64,000 nucleotides of DNA from Callorhinchus milii (Eukaryota), in the NCBI RefSeq assembly GCF_018977255.1, contig NW_024704743.1, positions 71,426,001 through 71,490,000 of the forward strand, given 5' to 3'. The notes below the pieces were generated by a model. That model saw only the letters and a list, made by a program, of their open reading frames with translations, was not told the DNA's origin and did no database searches. Shown piece by piece: positions 51,611 through 64,000 of this stretch (the stretch's first letter is position 1; each line of letters begins with the position of its first letter). Made by a program: the position numbers and the translations under genes.

Positions 51611-54499
51611 AGCTCTCCCCTCCAAAGAAAAAGGGTGTTTTAGTAAACAAATTACTAATTTGTATTGGATTGGCTGGGTGTCATCCCACATAAACAGAGT
51701 GCAATAAAATGATACCCATTATAATACAGAACAGCACTAACAGACTAAACTAACTGCAACACCTATTTTATGTGTAATGCAGATCTGAAACACAGCTCTC
51801 AGCAAATGCCAGAAGCATAATATATACAAGATAAAACAATAAAGGAGCCTTTATGGGAATGGTTACTCTGTTCGTGAGAACAGTTCTCTGAGCCACAGAA
51901 TGTGAAATAATATTCTCTTTGGTTCAGTAGCAACAGCTTATTGAATCTTCTTTCCCTCAGGTAAGAGTTGCATTAGTTCCATCCATATACACACACAATA
52001 GCATCTGACAGATCTTTGCACTTGAGGATGCTGTACTAAGCACACAAACAGGTTCTGAAAGGACTGCTAGCTATTAGAAGGTCTCAGCTTTTAATTCCCT
52101 CCAAGCTAACTAAAGCCTGTTTGGAAAGTCTTAGAAGCTGAACTTCTCAAGGACATAGACAGGTTAGCATCATGGTATGCAGATAACAAACTGGATTCAA
52201 ATGAGAAAAATGAATATAAAATTGTTCAGCTATTCTGCCCCTGTTCTCTGGAATTCGATCATGACCCCCTCTGCCTTGCCCATTCAGTCTTGGGGCATAG
52301 TGGCTGAAAGAATGGCCACCAATGGTGGATCGGAGGGGAGGAAGATCAGCAGGCGTCGGTTATTGCAATGTGGGGCAAGCAGGTCAGAGAGGTAGGGGGT
52401 ACCAGGGCATGAACGAGCATATACGAGAATCTTGAAATCGATCCGTTCTGCAATGGGGAGCCAGTGGAGTCTAGCAAGGACTTGGGTGACGGGGCTGCCG
52501 AGTTTAAGATGTCTTCCTAACATGGAAGGTGCTATGTAAATGTAAGTTGTTTAGGGAAAGATCAGGGGACTGGAATTGGAGTAGATATCTTCATTGAGAA
52601 AGCTTAGCACCAACACAGAAATGCTTAGCTGAATGGTCTCCTTCTGGGTTGTAAACCCTCTATCCTGTATGATTCAAAACGATTGTTTTAAATAATTAGA
52701 ATTTCTAAATCCCTTGTAAATGTATCTTGTAGCATGTTATACTGTTTTGTTTCATACTGGACTGAGGCAAATGTAGATTAATAGCAATCAGACTGTGAGG
52801 GGTGTAAATTAAATCCCAAACTACATTTCAAGAACAACTCGGTAATGAAAATGTGATTCATCAGGAATAACACATCTTATTTCTATTCACTGCTCAGAGT
52901 ATACATTATGTATGTATTATATCATGTTCCAATTCCTTTCCCAAAGTGCTCATTTTGAACAATTAGCTTAGCTTTGCAATCTATCTTTATACACTCTTGT
53001 TTATGGAAGAGTGCTATCTCTAGCTATGACAGATGGATAAGGCGGGGAGGGCACAAATGCACTCAGTGCAACACATGAGCCCATTATAAATCATGCCTGT
53101 TACACTTGCTGTTTTTCTTTCTGCATTTCATTAATTTGATCTAAAAGTAGAATTGATGGCTAATATAATAGTTGCTGAAAATTCTGTGCATTAATATTTG
53201 ATAAATTACGTAATTAAGAAAGTAGACCTGATCTGGAGTTTAGATCTACATAAACTCTTCAGGCGCTATTTTCCCATTAGCTGATGCTACAGATCATTTC
53301 AATATATATTAAAATTGAATACAGCAAATTTGTGGTAAAGACATTAAATTGAGGTATTGTCTGCTTGTTCTGATGGTTCACGTGAATGTTATATAGCCCA
53401 CTATGCTACGATATTTTAAAGAATATAGTTTTGGGTTTTAGAGTTTATTGTGTGTGGTTTTTTTGGAGAAGATGGTAGGGGAGGAATAAATGAAATTAAT
53501 GCTTATACCAAACACTGCCTTGCTCTTGATTCGAGATTGTTAGTGAAATCTGCACAAATCAGCAACAAGAACAATTTATATTTAAATGGCACCTTTGAGT
53601 GGTGGGAGGATATTTCAAAGCCCTTCATACCGTTGTCTGGGAGCCAGAGCTGGGAAGGGGGAGCAGAAGCTATGGAGTGGGAGGAGGAATGTGATCTAAT
53701 GTGCAGGTGAAAAGATAGATCTTAAGGTGATTTTTGAAGTTGAGGAGGGAGCAGGTGAAATGGAGAGACATTGGGATAGCCTCCCAATTCCAGAGAGCAA
53801 GGGCAGATTGGCTGGTAGCTTGCATAATGATGGTGGGGCGGATCAGGGGTGGATATGAAGCAGGCAGGGTTCTGAGTGGTGGGAGCAGTTGGGATACTAG
53901 ACTTGCAGGAAGTCACAGGGGTAGGGTAAGGCAAGGCCGAGGAGTGATTTGAAAGTGAAGACGAGTATCTTGAATTGGATCAGCTGGGGGTGGGGAGTCA
54001 GTGAAGCTGAGTGAGGATGGGTGTGATGGGCTCTTGGAACCTGGTATAAAAGAGGATATGGACTGCACATTAAGTATGTCTCAGCGTCATAATATGCCAA
54101 TGATTTAATTTCAAGATTACAGAATTGATCACTGACTACGGAGAACACTGGCAGTGAAAAACAATCACTCAAGCTGAACAACCTTTACTAAATTAGAATT
54201 TAAATTTTATTTCCCTGTCATTTGCTGTTGGTTCCTATTTTGTCGTTTGATGAATTTGCATAGATTTTGCATAGATAACGTAACTGTCTCAGAGATCACT
54301 TGCACAGCGAGATCCCCTGATTACAGTGTCTCCTTAATGTCAGTCCCCAAAATACATTAATGAACCTATGTCCAAAGAGGAATTTGCTATAAAAATAACT
54401 GAGGCTGTTCCCAAAGGTGCTTGTTAGAAAGACATTTCACTACACTTCTGGAAATATGATAATTTCTATAACAACACCCATAATGCTATACTAAGTTAA

Positions 54500-55205
54500 T
54501 TGACCTTGACCAACCCATCTCAGGGTGGCCAAAGTCACGGTCGAAGAGGAAAGTCTTCAGACGGGACTTGAAGGTGGCAAGAGAGGAGATGAGGTGGAGG
54601 GATTGCGGGATAGACTCCAGAGTGTGGGGGGCAGAGATGCTGAATGCCTGACCGCCAATCGTGGGGCGGGTAGTGCAGGGGACCTGAAGCAGGCCGGTGG
54701 TGTCTGCCGAGCAGAGGGAGCAGACAGGCTGATATGGGGTTATGTGGTCGGAGAACTGGGGGTGGGGGGGGGGGAACAAGACCTTGAAAGGCTTTGAAGG
54801 TAAGAATGAGGGTTTTATACTCGATTCTCTGAGGAATGGGGAGCCAGTGAAGATGGGAAGAACGAGGGTGATAGGTTCCCAGAGCCTGGTGTGGAAGAGG
54901 ACACGAGCTGCTGAGTTCTGAATAATCTGCAGTTTGTGGAGGGAGGAGTTGGGAAGTCCAGTGAACAGGCAATTAGCCTAGTCAAGCCAGGACTTAATGA
55001 AAGCGTGGATCAGGGTCTTGGTGGCCTGTGGTGAGAGGCAGTGGTGGAGGTGGATAATGTTGCGGAGATGGGGAAAGATGGAAAGGGTCACGGCACGAAT
55101 GTGGGATTTGAAGGATAGCTGAGGGTCGAAAAGGGCACCAAGGTTTCGGATTGGCTTGGTGAGGTGAAGAGGGCAGCCATGAATGGTGATAGTGTCAGCG
55201 GCTGA
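54500..55205 (-). mobile_element. L2 LINE fragment
   Basis: IRNLGALFDPQLSFKSHI..HLRNI..TLIHAFIKSWLD, LHWLPIPQRIEYKTLILTFKA, IGGQAFS. Confidence 0.88.
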
Positions 55206-57852
55206 AGTGATGGAAGATGGAAGCATTATTTGCGTGACACACTTCGACATTTGAGCATGCTGAGTGGGCTAATACTATTTTTGGGAGTGCAGCCCTCAAC
55301 CCAGAACCTGCTTTATGTTGTTTTGGATCCTGAAATTTATTCATATTCAGATAAAGTCACGTGTATTATTAATAAAGGAGAAACATTGAGGAAAAAAAAC
55401 GATTCGCTTAACCTGGAAACAATCTATTAATACAAGCTGAGCCATATCTGATGAAGAGCCATGATGACTCCATATATGTACGCTCGGATTTGGTGGGATA
55501 TAGTGTGACCAAGTATACGTATGTACTTATTAATAGAACAAAATGGTGAGAGCTGCCTCAATGGGAGGCATTTTTGATATCCCAATTATCTTTTAATGTT
55601 GCCAGTAAACAGAAATATAACTTCCAGGTTAAATGTCAGTACATTCAATAAAAATATTGCATTTGTTAAAATCATATTGTTAATTTAAAGCAATTTGCAT
55701 TATGGCATCACTAAATACAGCACTGAATTAAAATTAATTTATTAGTGTTCCATAAGAATAATCCATTACAACTGCAAGAACAGTCCTTAAACAGCTAATG
55801 TCCATTTGGGGCAAAGATGTGGTTATCAGAATGAATATTCTTCCAGTGACACCATACTCCACTAGTGAGGTTCTAAATAAGGGGTAGTCTAAATTTATAT
55901 AGGTTGGTATGTCACACAGGATTATGTTACAGTCACTTCAGTGCCCAAAACAGGATGGGATAAGGTGAGATCTGTTTACTCTCTGCTATTACTTGTCCTT
56001 TTAATTCTGCCATTTGGTCACTGCCCAGTGGCTTTTTTAAAAAAAACTGGTACCAAATTGGAGTAAAAATAGTTCTGCTCACTTATTTCTTTGGAGCTCA
56101 CTTCCTTTTTCCAAGTTTCAAAATAAGAAGTAATTCTGAATATGTTCCAAATCCTCCTTAAAAATCATCTGAATCCCTCCACAAAACGGAATTAACCTTC
56201 CCTGAGATCAGATGACACTTGAATACTTGAGGATTTATTGGCCTACTTCACATTATTTGCAAAGTCATGATTGTCTACACCTATAAAATCCCAGGAGGAG
56301 CATCAGATGAAAGGTTTATTATAATTTTAATGCTAATCATATTGATCAGTCATCCAATGTGAACTGTAGGGAAGTGAATACAAGGGGCAAACTTTAAATA
56401 CTTTGTGAGGAATAGCAGGCAAGTGCAATGTACAATTAACACATTGGACAGGAATCTTGTAAATCACAGCAGAGAGTTTTTTTTGCTACATTGGATACTT
56501 AAAAAGGGAGGATCCACTCATATTGTAATAGAAGTTAAGCATGCCAATAATCTGGACTTGCTTGCAAAAGTATTTTCATCACTTGCTTATTGTTTCTACC
56601 TGACTATATCTTTGAAAAGCAATTTTCTAAAACTTGAAAAGATCTAGTTAGCACTTATAAAGTATTAATATGTAGGGCTTGGTCTGTTAAATTAGCGGTT
56701 CCACCAGGTTCAAAGAATGAATGGACCAGAATAGTTTTGGCCTTGTGCCCTTTGAAATTATTCGATATGAAATGTTATATCCATATGTTCATCCTTATAA
56801 GGGACTATTCTGTTCGTCTTAGCTTGGAGGATTTAAAAATAAACCGATTTTCTAACTACTGAAATGTACAATTTTTATGTAACATTGGAGGCTCAAAGGA
56901 GGATTTCTAATGGAAAATGGACCAGCCAACTGTAATGTAGTTCAATGAGGGAGTAATGGGCTACCTTGCCACATTGAGAGACAATTACATGATTGATTGT
57001 CTCTGTCTGTCACTTCCTGGGTTTGTTCTCGATGCGACTGGAAAACACGGTGACTCAATTGTTGCTATTCTCGATTTACATAATTCTCAATTTACTCACA
57101 TTTCAAATTTAAGAGCACATTTTACAAATCGCTGAAATGTTTCTGTAGTGCCTCTCTTGAATTGTTTTATCAGACGCGACTCAATTCTGGTTTTCTCAGT
57201 TTATATGAACTAACTAAAAGTGGACGGTACCATTTCAGGTAACCAGTGTTCTGTTATGCACTAAGGTGATAGTTTCACTTTGAGTTGAAGAGCTCTTGAT
57301 CAATCGTAGAAAGGCCAAAGGTTCACCTGTACTGTTTGGATGACCGACAATCATAAGACTGTTGGATATCCAAATACTATGGAATTTTGTTTTTTATTCA
57401 CAATACAATTAATATTGATATGGCACTTTTCACGTCAGGAGGACATCACAAAGTGCTTTACACTGCTGGCTGGGGAGCTAAAATGGGCAGAGAGGGCAAA
57501 GATGACTCAAAGCCCAGTCAAAGAGATAAGTCTTGAAATGGGCTTTGAAAGTGGGGAGAGAGGGAACGAGTTTGGAGGGTCTCCAGGATAGAGTTCCAGA
57601 GAACTGTGGCAGAATGTTTGTGATTCTACCTAGAACCATAGTTCATCCTTCCAATTATTGTTGTTGTTATTGGCTTGTTTTAAAAATGTTAACACGAATA
57701 ATTGGATCATGATAGCTGTATGCACAGTGTGAGAAGCAGCTGTGGAGTGAGGACTATCTTTTATTTGTAATTTAGAATCTAGGGATGAGTATTACAGTAA
57801 AAAACACAAGTACTGAATGAGCCCACACAAACAAGTTGTACGTATTATTTTC

Positions 57853-57858
57853 TTTATT
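57853..57858 (-). terminator. Candidate distal poly(A) signal of the cavin gene
   Basis: AATAAA on the minus strand followed by GU/U-rich downstream elements (cttgtttgtgtggg, cttgtgtttttt); a proximal AATAAA with a U-rich tract is at 60830-60835. Confidence 0.5.
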
Positions 57859-58268
57859 GATTTAACAATTAGAAATTGCATCCAAAGCAATAATTAATAT
57901 AACCACCAAGTATCAATGATTTAGAAGGGAATAAGACCATTTTGGTTTTCTCCTTCTAGATAGATAACCAATGAACTTTCAACCTCTCATCCTATTAATA
58001 CGGTAATAAATATTACCAAGATCCATAAAGTATTTTTACAAAGGCAATAATACATCATAATCCATTGATAAATAGCATGAATGAGGAACATGAACATGTA
58101 TTAAAATTTACTTGAGCCAGAACTGTGGAATATTATGAGGCTCTTTCATGTACCTCTAGGTAATATCGGATCTTTTTGAACTGATAATACAGATACCATT
58201 CCCTCACCCATGTAATAACATACAGAAAGCCTGCAGGTTAGAATCACAAAATGAAAATGATAGTCCAT

Positions 58269-58479
58269 GGGGTCCAAAACATGACAATTTTATGCAGGAT
58301 TCCTTATCAAAGAATCCGAGCAAGTTCTCCTTCTGCTAATCGGAAATATGTCAACTCATGGAATCTGCTCTCTGAAAGAACATTGAGTTGCTCTCTGAAA
58401 GAACATTGGTAACTCAGCGTGACCTACTTCCAGATTGCTTAATTAAAGAATCCCATTTGAAATTGCCGTGCTTTAGCCC
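58269..58479. mobile_element. Candidate MITE with ~45-bp imperfect terminal inverted repeats
   Basis: Left ggggtccaaaacatgacaattttatgcaggattccttatcaaagaatcc vs right (reverse complement) gggctaaagcacggcaatttcaaatgggattctttaattaagcaatc; related copy at ~63308-63495. Confidence 0.45.
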
Positions 58480-61400
58480 GCTGTTTGTAAGCTTTTGTTC
58501 CATGTTCACTTCACAGTTACATTTCTTGCTTCAGCAGATCTGACCTTCAGAGGCAGTGTTGTGACATGTAGAAGGGTCAGGTCCCATACTGCGCAGTGAA
58601 GGAGAGGGAATGCAGCACTTTGGAAACTCTCACCCTCCTAATTTCATTTACTGTAACATTTTACATGTGAAATAGTACAGTTAAGAGGAGAGATGGATTT
58701 TGATATCTTGGTGTTTAACTTGTGTTAATAATCTAATGTTGTGGTGACAAATATATAATAGTGGGGAAATGTAGTAATGTTTTAGTGGGTAATCAATTAT
58801 GCCTATAAAGGAAGATTACACGAGAGAACTGATGTAAATTGTATGATCCCTGAACACTCTCCAAGCTCGGATCCAGGGAAGGAACAAAATATTGATATAG
58901 ACACAGCAAAGCTGGACTAGCTTTAGTGTTCACAGTAAGGTGTCTCTCTGAGTGTATTCATAGCATCTATCGCTCTGTAATGTAAAAAATCTTTTCCACA
59001 TTGTAGGTTGTTCTATCATTCTACCTTTCTTGATCAGGTTGACTATTTTTCTACTTTTCAGTTTTGCTCTCTTAGTTTTCTCCTCTCATGTTTCTCTCAC
59101 GCACTCTTCATTCGTCTCACTCAATTTCTCCATCATCAGATTTCATGTCTCTGGCTTTTCTTTCTCCTTAGCCATCCCAGCCATCGTCTGGCTCTTACAC
59201 ATATTTCCTGGGACTTGTGCAAGCTCCCAAAAGTAGGCACAGGCACCATTGTGGCATTTGAACTCACGGCCTCCGTGCTCTACCTATAATATATTTAAGT
59301 AGATTGTAAACTACTGTTATATTAAATATGCTAGAAATGAAGGAGGACTACATACACATACACTCAAACACCATTTTGTTTTTAAGCTAATGTTTTGCTT
59401 AGTACATAAGTTAGTTGAAAGAATTTCAAAGAATGAGACACACAGAGACAATCCTCACAAAAAACATTTAAAAACTACAAACCTGACGATATTTTTTGAC
59501 CTTCCCCAAGAGGTTCCATGGTTTACAATATGATAGGTTAAGGGAAGCAGACAACACTTGCTAATACTAGTTAGTAACATCACAACACACAGATGTTTTG
59601 GAGCAACCCGTAAAAACACACGAATAAAGCATGAAATGTACATTGCGAGCGATACAAAGGTGAAGCTGCACCGAAGGGTAAAGCTGGTGCAAAGAGCTAA
59701 GCCATTTCTCTTCCCGTTAGTGCCAGAAGCAATTGTCCACCTGCAAATCTTGCTGCCTGGGATCTCCTTTATACTGCACGTCAAGAGTGAAAATAAATGT
59801 AAAAAGTGCACTGTTACTTGTTCTAGAGCAGCCTGGGATCAGGGTTCCAACCTGTCCTGTTGGCTGGGATACATGAGAAGGATTAAAACCAAAGTTTAAA
59901 ATAGGAAGGGAAGGGAAAGGGAGAAAATACTACAATTTGGCCTAAGATTCCCTCCATTACTCTTCCCTTTCTAGACACTATTAAAAGACAAGGATTTGAA
60001 ACCCAGAAGTGCGTGAGGGGCTGGGGGGAGGAGAGCGTGCTATATTTGATTCTCAACATCCCTGTGTTAAGCAGGACAAATCCCATTCTTGGATGCTATC
60101 CTGATATGTCTGGTGGAAACATGCTATTGGGTGGCTGTAGATGAGCACAGGCCAGGCTTGGCTATGATGTCTCTCTGGTTGAATAGCTGACCAGTTTTCA
60201 CATGAAGAATGAACACATGGGCCGGGTACCAGAGGGCTGCCAGCACCCATGAAATCCTAACCCAGTGTGAAGCCATACAGGGAGGAGAGGAGTGATAGGA
60301 GAAGCAACATATTTGCTCTGCTTCTGTTTGCCCAATCAATAAACTAGAGCTATTTAATATAAAAATGTTTCAAACTCACAAAACCATACAGTTTGTGAGC
60401 ATTTCATAATGAGCGTAGGGATCATTGGTCAATACTCCTCTGGTCGGTACATGCGCCAACCTTGGCTTTGTGGGCTTACAAAGGAATTGTCTGACTGCAT
60501 GGATTTGAACAGGTTGTGCCTCGAGCACTGAAAACAAAACAAATGTCTTCAATGACTGCTATCACCATTTAATATTTGCACATGCACACCACAGCGAACT
60601 GATGCTAGCAACAAAACAACTAGACAAATACACCAGGTAACATTCAACTAAATAAGACTATCTTATCTACTGTAATTCTAGGAACTAAAAACACTATCAG
60701 CTTGAAAGCCAACTAAGCTACTGATGTAAATATGTAGGCTAAACACGTCAGAAAACATGCTATAAATCAGTTAAATAAGTGTATTAAAAAACGGTATTTG
60801 TAAAATACCTGAAGCAAAAGAAAAAACATTTTATTTGAGTTGTCTTGATTTTTTTTCTGTGTAGCTAAAAGTGGGTTTTAAACCATATTTGCTTTGTGGA
60901 AATATATTTCAAAGCCTCACGATTACACAGTAAATAACATCTTCCCTGTGGGATGGAATATGGTAAATGTCCATGGATTTGTATGGAACAATGTTAGCAC
61001 GTAACGCCACATTTACAAGTAAAATATTCCTATTACTTTATACTTACTTTTCATTCAGATACCTGAGCTGTGGTTACTCAGTTCACATGCGGTACTCTCA
61101 CCAGCCAAGCAAGATTTTTTTATCTATAATTTCTTCTTGCAACTAAGTGGCATGTGACAACAAGTGATCTGGATATAGCTATGGAATAGCAGTTGAGCGA
61201 CTGGCCAGAATTAAACTGCACTACTTTCAGCTCCAATAAAAAAATGAACCTTTAAGAATACAGATACAAAATTAAACGTTGACGCCCTTATTTGAAGATC
61301 TACTTATTTTTAATGAATGCAAACTTTTCTTTACTAATTTAAAATTTTGTTGCTTGGGGGCGGGGGGGAGAGGGTGTTAGAGGAGAAGGGTCAAGGGGCA

Positions 61401-61724
61401 ACAAATCTCAGTGAATCCTTCCCAATCCCTCTGGACCCACTTCTACAGCTATTAGGAAAATATGCAGAAGACTGATCCACGGTCATCTGAGATCCACTTC
61501 AGTCAGCCTGCTAGCAGGACGTGAGTAAGAGGATTGACATCTTAAATGTGGGCATCCAAACATATCGTGCCTGTTTTTGAATAAAAAATACTGAAAACCA
61601 ATTATCTCAATATTCAGGTGAATCTGATTTCACAGACAAGAACGTTTTATCGATGGGTCAACATCAGAATTGCTATTCTCCCATTTTCTACCTGCTGTCA
61701 AGTAGTGCAGCTTCAGGTCTACGT

Positions 61725-62342
61725 TTAACTGTACTCAGGGTTCTGCTTCACTTCGGCTGTCGCAGGTACAACCTCTTCGTTTTTGCTTTCCATTGTCACT
61801 ACAACCGTTTCGGTATTGGCAACGTTTGTAATCGCCGCTTGGGGATGATCCTGGCTGACTTGAGCGCCTCCCGGTGCAGTTACTACTTCAGTGCACATGA
61901 CGCCTTCACCCTTGGAACTTTCTCCTATCCCTCTGACAGCAACTTCCTGTCCTTCCGCCCCACTCCTCTCATTTTTCTTTTTAATATGAAACGGTTTGGA
62001 ATCAGTGATGGACTTTTTGATCCTCTCTCCTGAAATCCTTATCTTCTCTCTCTGTTCTGGAGGGACTATCGTGGTGCTCAGCCTGTTCATCTGCTTCCCG
62101 ATATTTTGCCTGGTTTTCTGCATGTTTTCTCTGGAAAAAGCTTTTTTGATATTATCCACCTGCTTCTTGCCAGTTTTCTTGAGGCGCGCAGCGGTGGTGT
62201 TTTCTTCGTATACATATTCTTCATCGGAAGAAAGATCTGGAGGTGGCATGTGTTCTGTAGCAGTGTGCTCCTCTTCAACCACAGCCGAGCTGCCTTTAGG
62301 AAGTTTTTTATAGGCGACGGAAGAGGCAATTTCATTTTCTTC
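61725..62342 (-). CDS. Caveolae-associated protein (cavin family, CAVIN4/MURC-like), terminal coding exon
   Basis: Minus-strand acceptor ttttgtcctttcgcag|GAA; EENEIASSVAYKKLP...PPDLSSDEEYVYEE...ARLKKTGKKQVDNIKKAFSRENMQKTRQN...IVPPEQREKIRISGERIKKSIT...PEYS-stop = cavin DR2/HR2/DR3; cavins typically have two coding exons, and exon 1 lies beyond the window. Confidence 0.9.
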   Translation of the reverse strand, partial: EENEIASSVAYKKLPKGSSAVVEEEHTATEHMPPPDLSSDEEYVYEENTTAARLKKTGKKQVDNIKKAFSRENMQKTRQNIGKQMNRLSTTIVPPEQREKIRISGERIKKSITDSKPFHIKKKNERSGAEGQEVAVRGIGESSKGEGVMCTEVVTAPGGAQVSQDHPQAAITNVANTETVVVTMESKNEEVVPATAEVKQNPEYS

Positions 62343-62829
62343 CTGCGAAAGGACAAAATGCAACTTTTATTCTAGATTTTTATCCCCTCACATTAGGAGT
62401 ATTCTCAGTATGAAATCAATGGAAGTTATTATTCCCGCAGTCACGCAGTAGCCGTGTAACCATATAAATACACGCCTTCCCCACTCCCGGCTCAGGTGCC
62501 ATCCAGGACTCCGAAGAACTTTGAGATATCCTCCTGACTTGAAAGGCGCAGTATAAACGTAAATTGGATTGGATTGTATGCACTGGAGATCATTTGGAGG
62601 AATCTCAGTAAACATTGTTACTTTGTCAGCCTCTTTGGAGGTGTTCAAATAATTCAATTATTTTCCCCCTTAATATCTATATTATGATCAACTATTTATT
62701 TGGGTTAAATTGAATGAAGCTCATTAAAAACAGAATAATCTGGTTGTGGGGGCAGCAGATCAATGGAGTGTTTGACTGAGAAAGGGGCTGTTGTTGCAGT
62801 TGTGATCATTCATCAGTGCTCTGGCAGTG

Positions 62830-62968
62830 CTCTGGAGAAGGGTTGGGCCTTAAATGTTAACCTTTTTCTGATGACCTAACCTAAATGTTAATGGATCATC
62901 TTCACATACTCATCCACCTCCTGTGTTTTTCCACCTGTTTCTATTTCAGATTTCCAACATTCAGTTTT
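62830..62968 (+). repeat. Degenerate Penelope-like terminal repeat remnant
   Basis: Shares tttcagatttcca(a/g)cat..cagt.ttt with 9663-9692; decayed tctggagaaggg..cttaaatgttaac motif. Confidence 0.4.
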
Positions 62969-64000
62969 ATCTCTGCACAGAATAAATCTCAGCATTGTTA
63001 CTTACAAATATAGTGGTTCAAATTTCATCCAGTCTTTTCTTGTAAAACCATTTAAATGTAGGATTGCACAGAATTGTGAAAAATTCTTCAATTCAGTCTG
63101 ATTTAATTTAGAAGCTCTTTCTTTATTAAGCGCTGAGTAAATCTAACTTCAAACAAAGACTGAATTAAAGAATTTTCAACAATTCTGAACAATCTTAAAT
63201 TTCAAGACAAAAAACTCTTACTGGTTAACACAAGGTGGAATTTCAGGCCTGTGAGTCCTTGTATGAACCATAATGTTCCTGGAGGAATGTACCAGATGTA
63301 GGTAGGTGGGGGCTAAACTACAGTTATTTTCTTAATGGGATTCCTTAATAAGGAATCCAAGCATTATAAATAGGGATTCCTTGTCATTGGAAATGTGTCG
63401 CTCTGATCCAATCAACTTCTGGATCAAAATTCCTGTGCATCAACAAGAATTCTAATCAGGATTAAATCCCATTAAATCCCCAAAACAGCAAATTGGAACA
63501 CAAAATTAGCCAAGATGACTTGCACCTGGAATGCCAAACTATCCTGGATATCAAGTATATTGTCTTTTATTTCCCTATGTATAACTTTAATACCTCTACT
63601 TAAATGGAATTGAAACCAGAAGCCAACAGCCCATTCCTCATTCTGTTAAGAAATGTAACATGAATCTTTAATTGTCTGCTGTCCTAACATATAGAAGCTA
63701 GATGTACTAAAACTAAGTTGATTGCAGGAATCTTCTGCTGTTAAAACAGTCCAGCATACGTTTGCGAAATTGATAGGAGGAGATGCGATACATGACAAGA
63801 TTTAGCTCTTCAGTTCATTTATGAGGATGTGAAATTAACGGCTCAAGAAATGCTGGTGCATCAAGTTCCAGCGGTTAATTAAGTAACAGTAGTGTATGAA
63901 ATCTAACCAAGGATAGTGCAACATTGTGAAGTTTCTGAACATACTTCCATGTATTCATCTATGCATGAAAGCCTACAGGACAAAATAATCTAGTGATTAC

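Noticed and set aside
58366..58408. Direct repeat of 20 identical nt with period 23 (also short duplications near 8245-8280 and 45575-45612)
   Set aside because: Two-unit local duplications without unique spacers; not a CRISPR array or satellite.
61653..62375. Plus-strand ORFs overlapping the cavin exon, and antisense ORFs over dynein exons (5973, 11371, 11894, 21335, 29674)
   Set aside because: Shadow frames of genuine coding exons.
1..64000. Prokaryotic-type systems (CRISPR, operons, defence islands)
   Set aside because: The sequence is intron-containing vertebrate DNA with no long intronless ORFs, operon structure or repeat-spacer arrays.

Overview
Repeat-rich eukaryotic (vertebrate) genomic DNA. 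The repeat content (Deu-type SINEs, CR1 and L2 LINE ends, Penelope-type palindromes) suggests a cartilaginous fish, though the species cannot be proven from this window. Two convergent protein-coding genes are present. On the + strand are the last 10 coding exons (3241-29885, ~715 aa, all GT-AG and phase-consistent) of an outer-arm gamma-type axonemal dynein heavy chain (DNAH5/DNAH8 family); indels suggest a third 'DNAH5-like' paralogue. On the - strand is the terminal coding exon (62342-61725) of a cavin with mixed CAVIN4/CAVIN2/CAVIN1-like motifs and a probable ~3.9 kb 3' UTR. The rest is intronic or intergenic and rich in retroposons: a young tRNA-headed SINE sharing its tail with L2 LINEs, older Deu-SINEs, CR1 ends, and two older SINE-like families. 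The most notable non-gene items are a non-autonomous Helitron retaining the start of its Rep/Hel ORF, a ~9-copy family resembling LF-SINE, a Penelope-derived hairpin next to a dynein splice donor, and a candidate MITE pair flanking the cavin exon. I found no prokaryotic-type system and nothing I can claim as a proven new biological system. Repeat boundaries are approximate, and family comparisons are from memory and need database confirmation.
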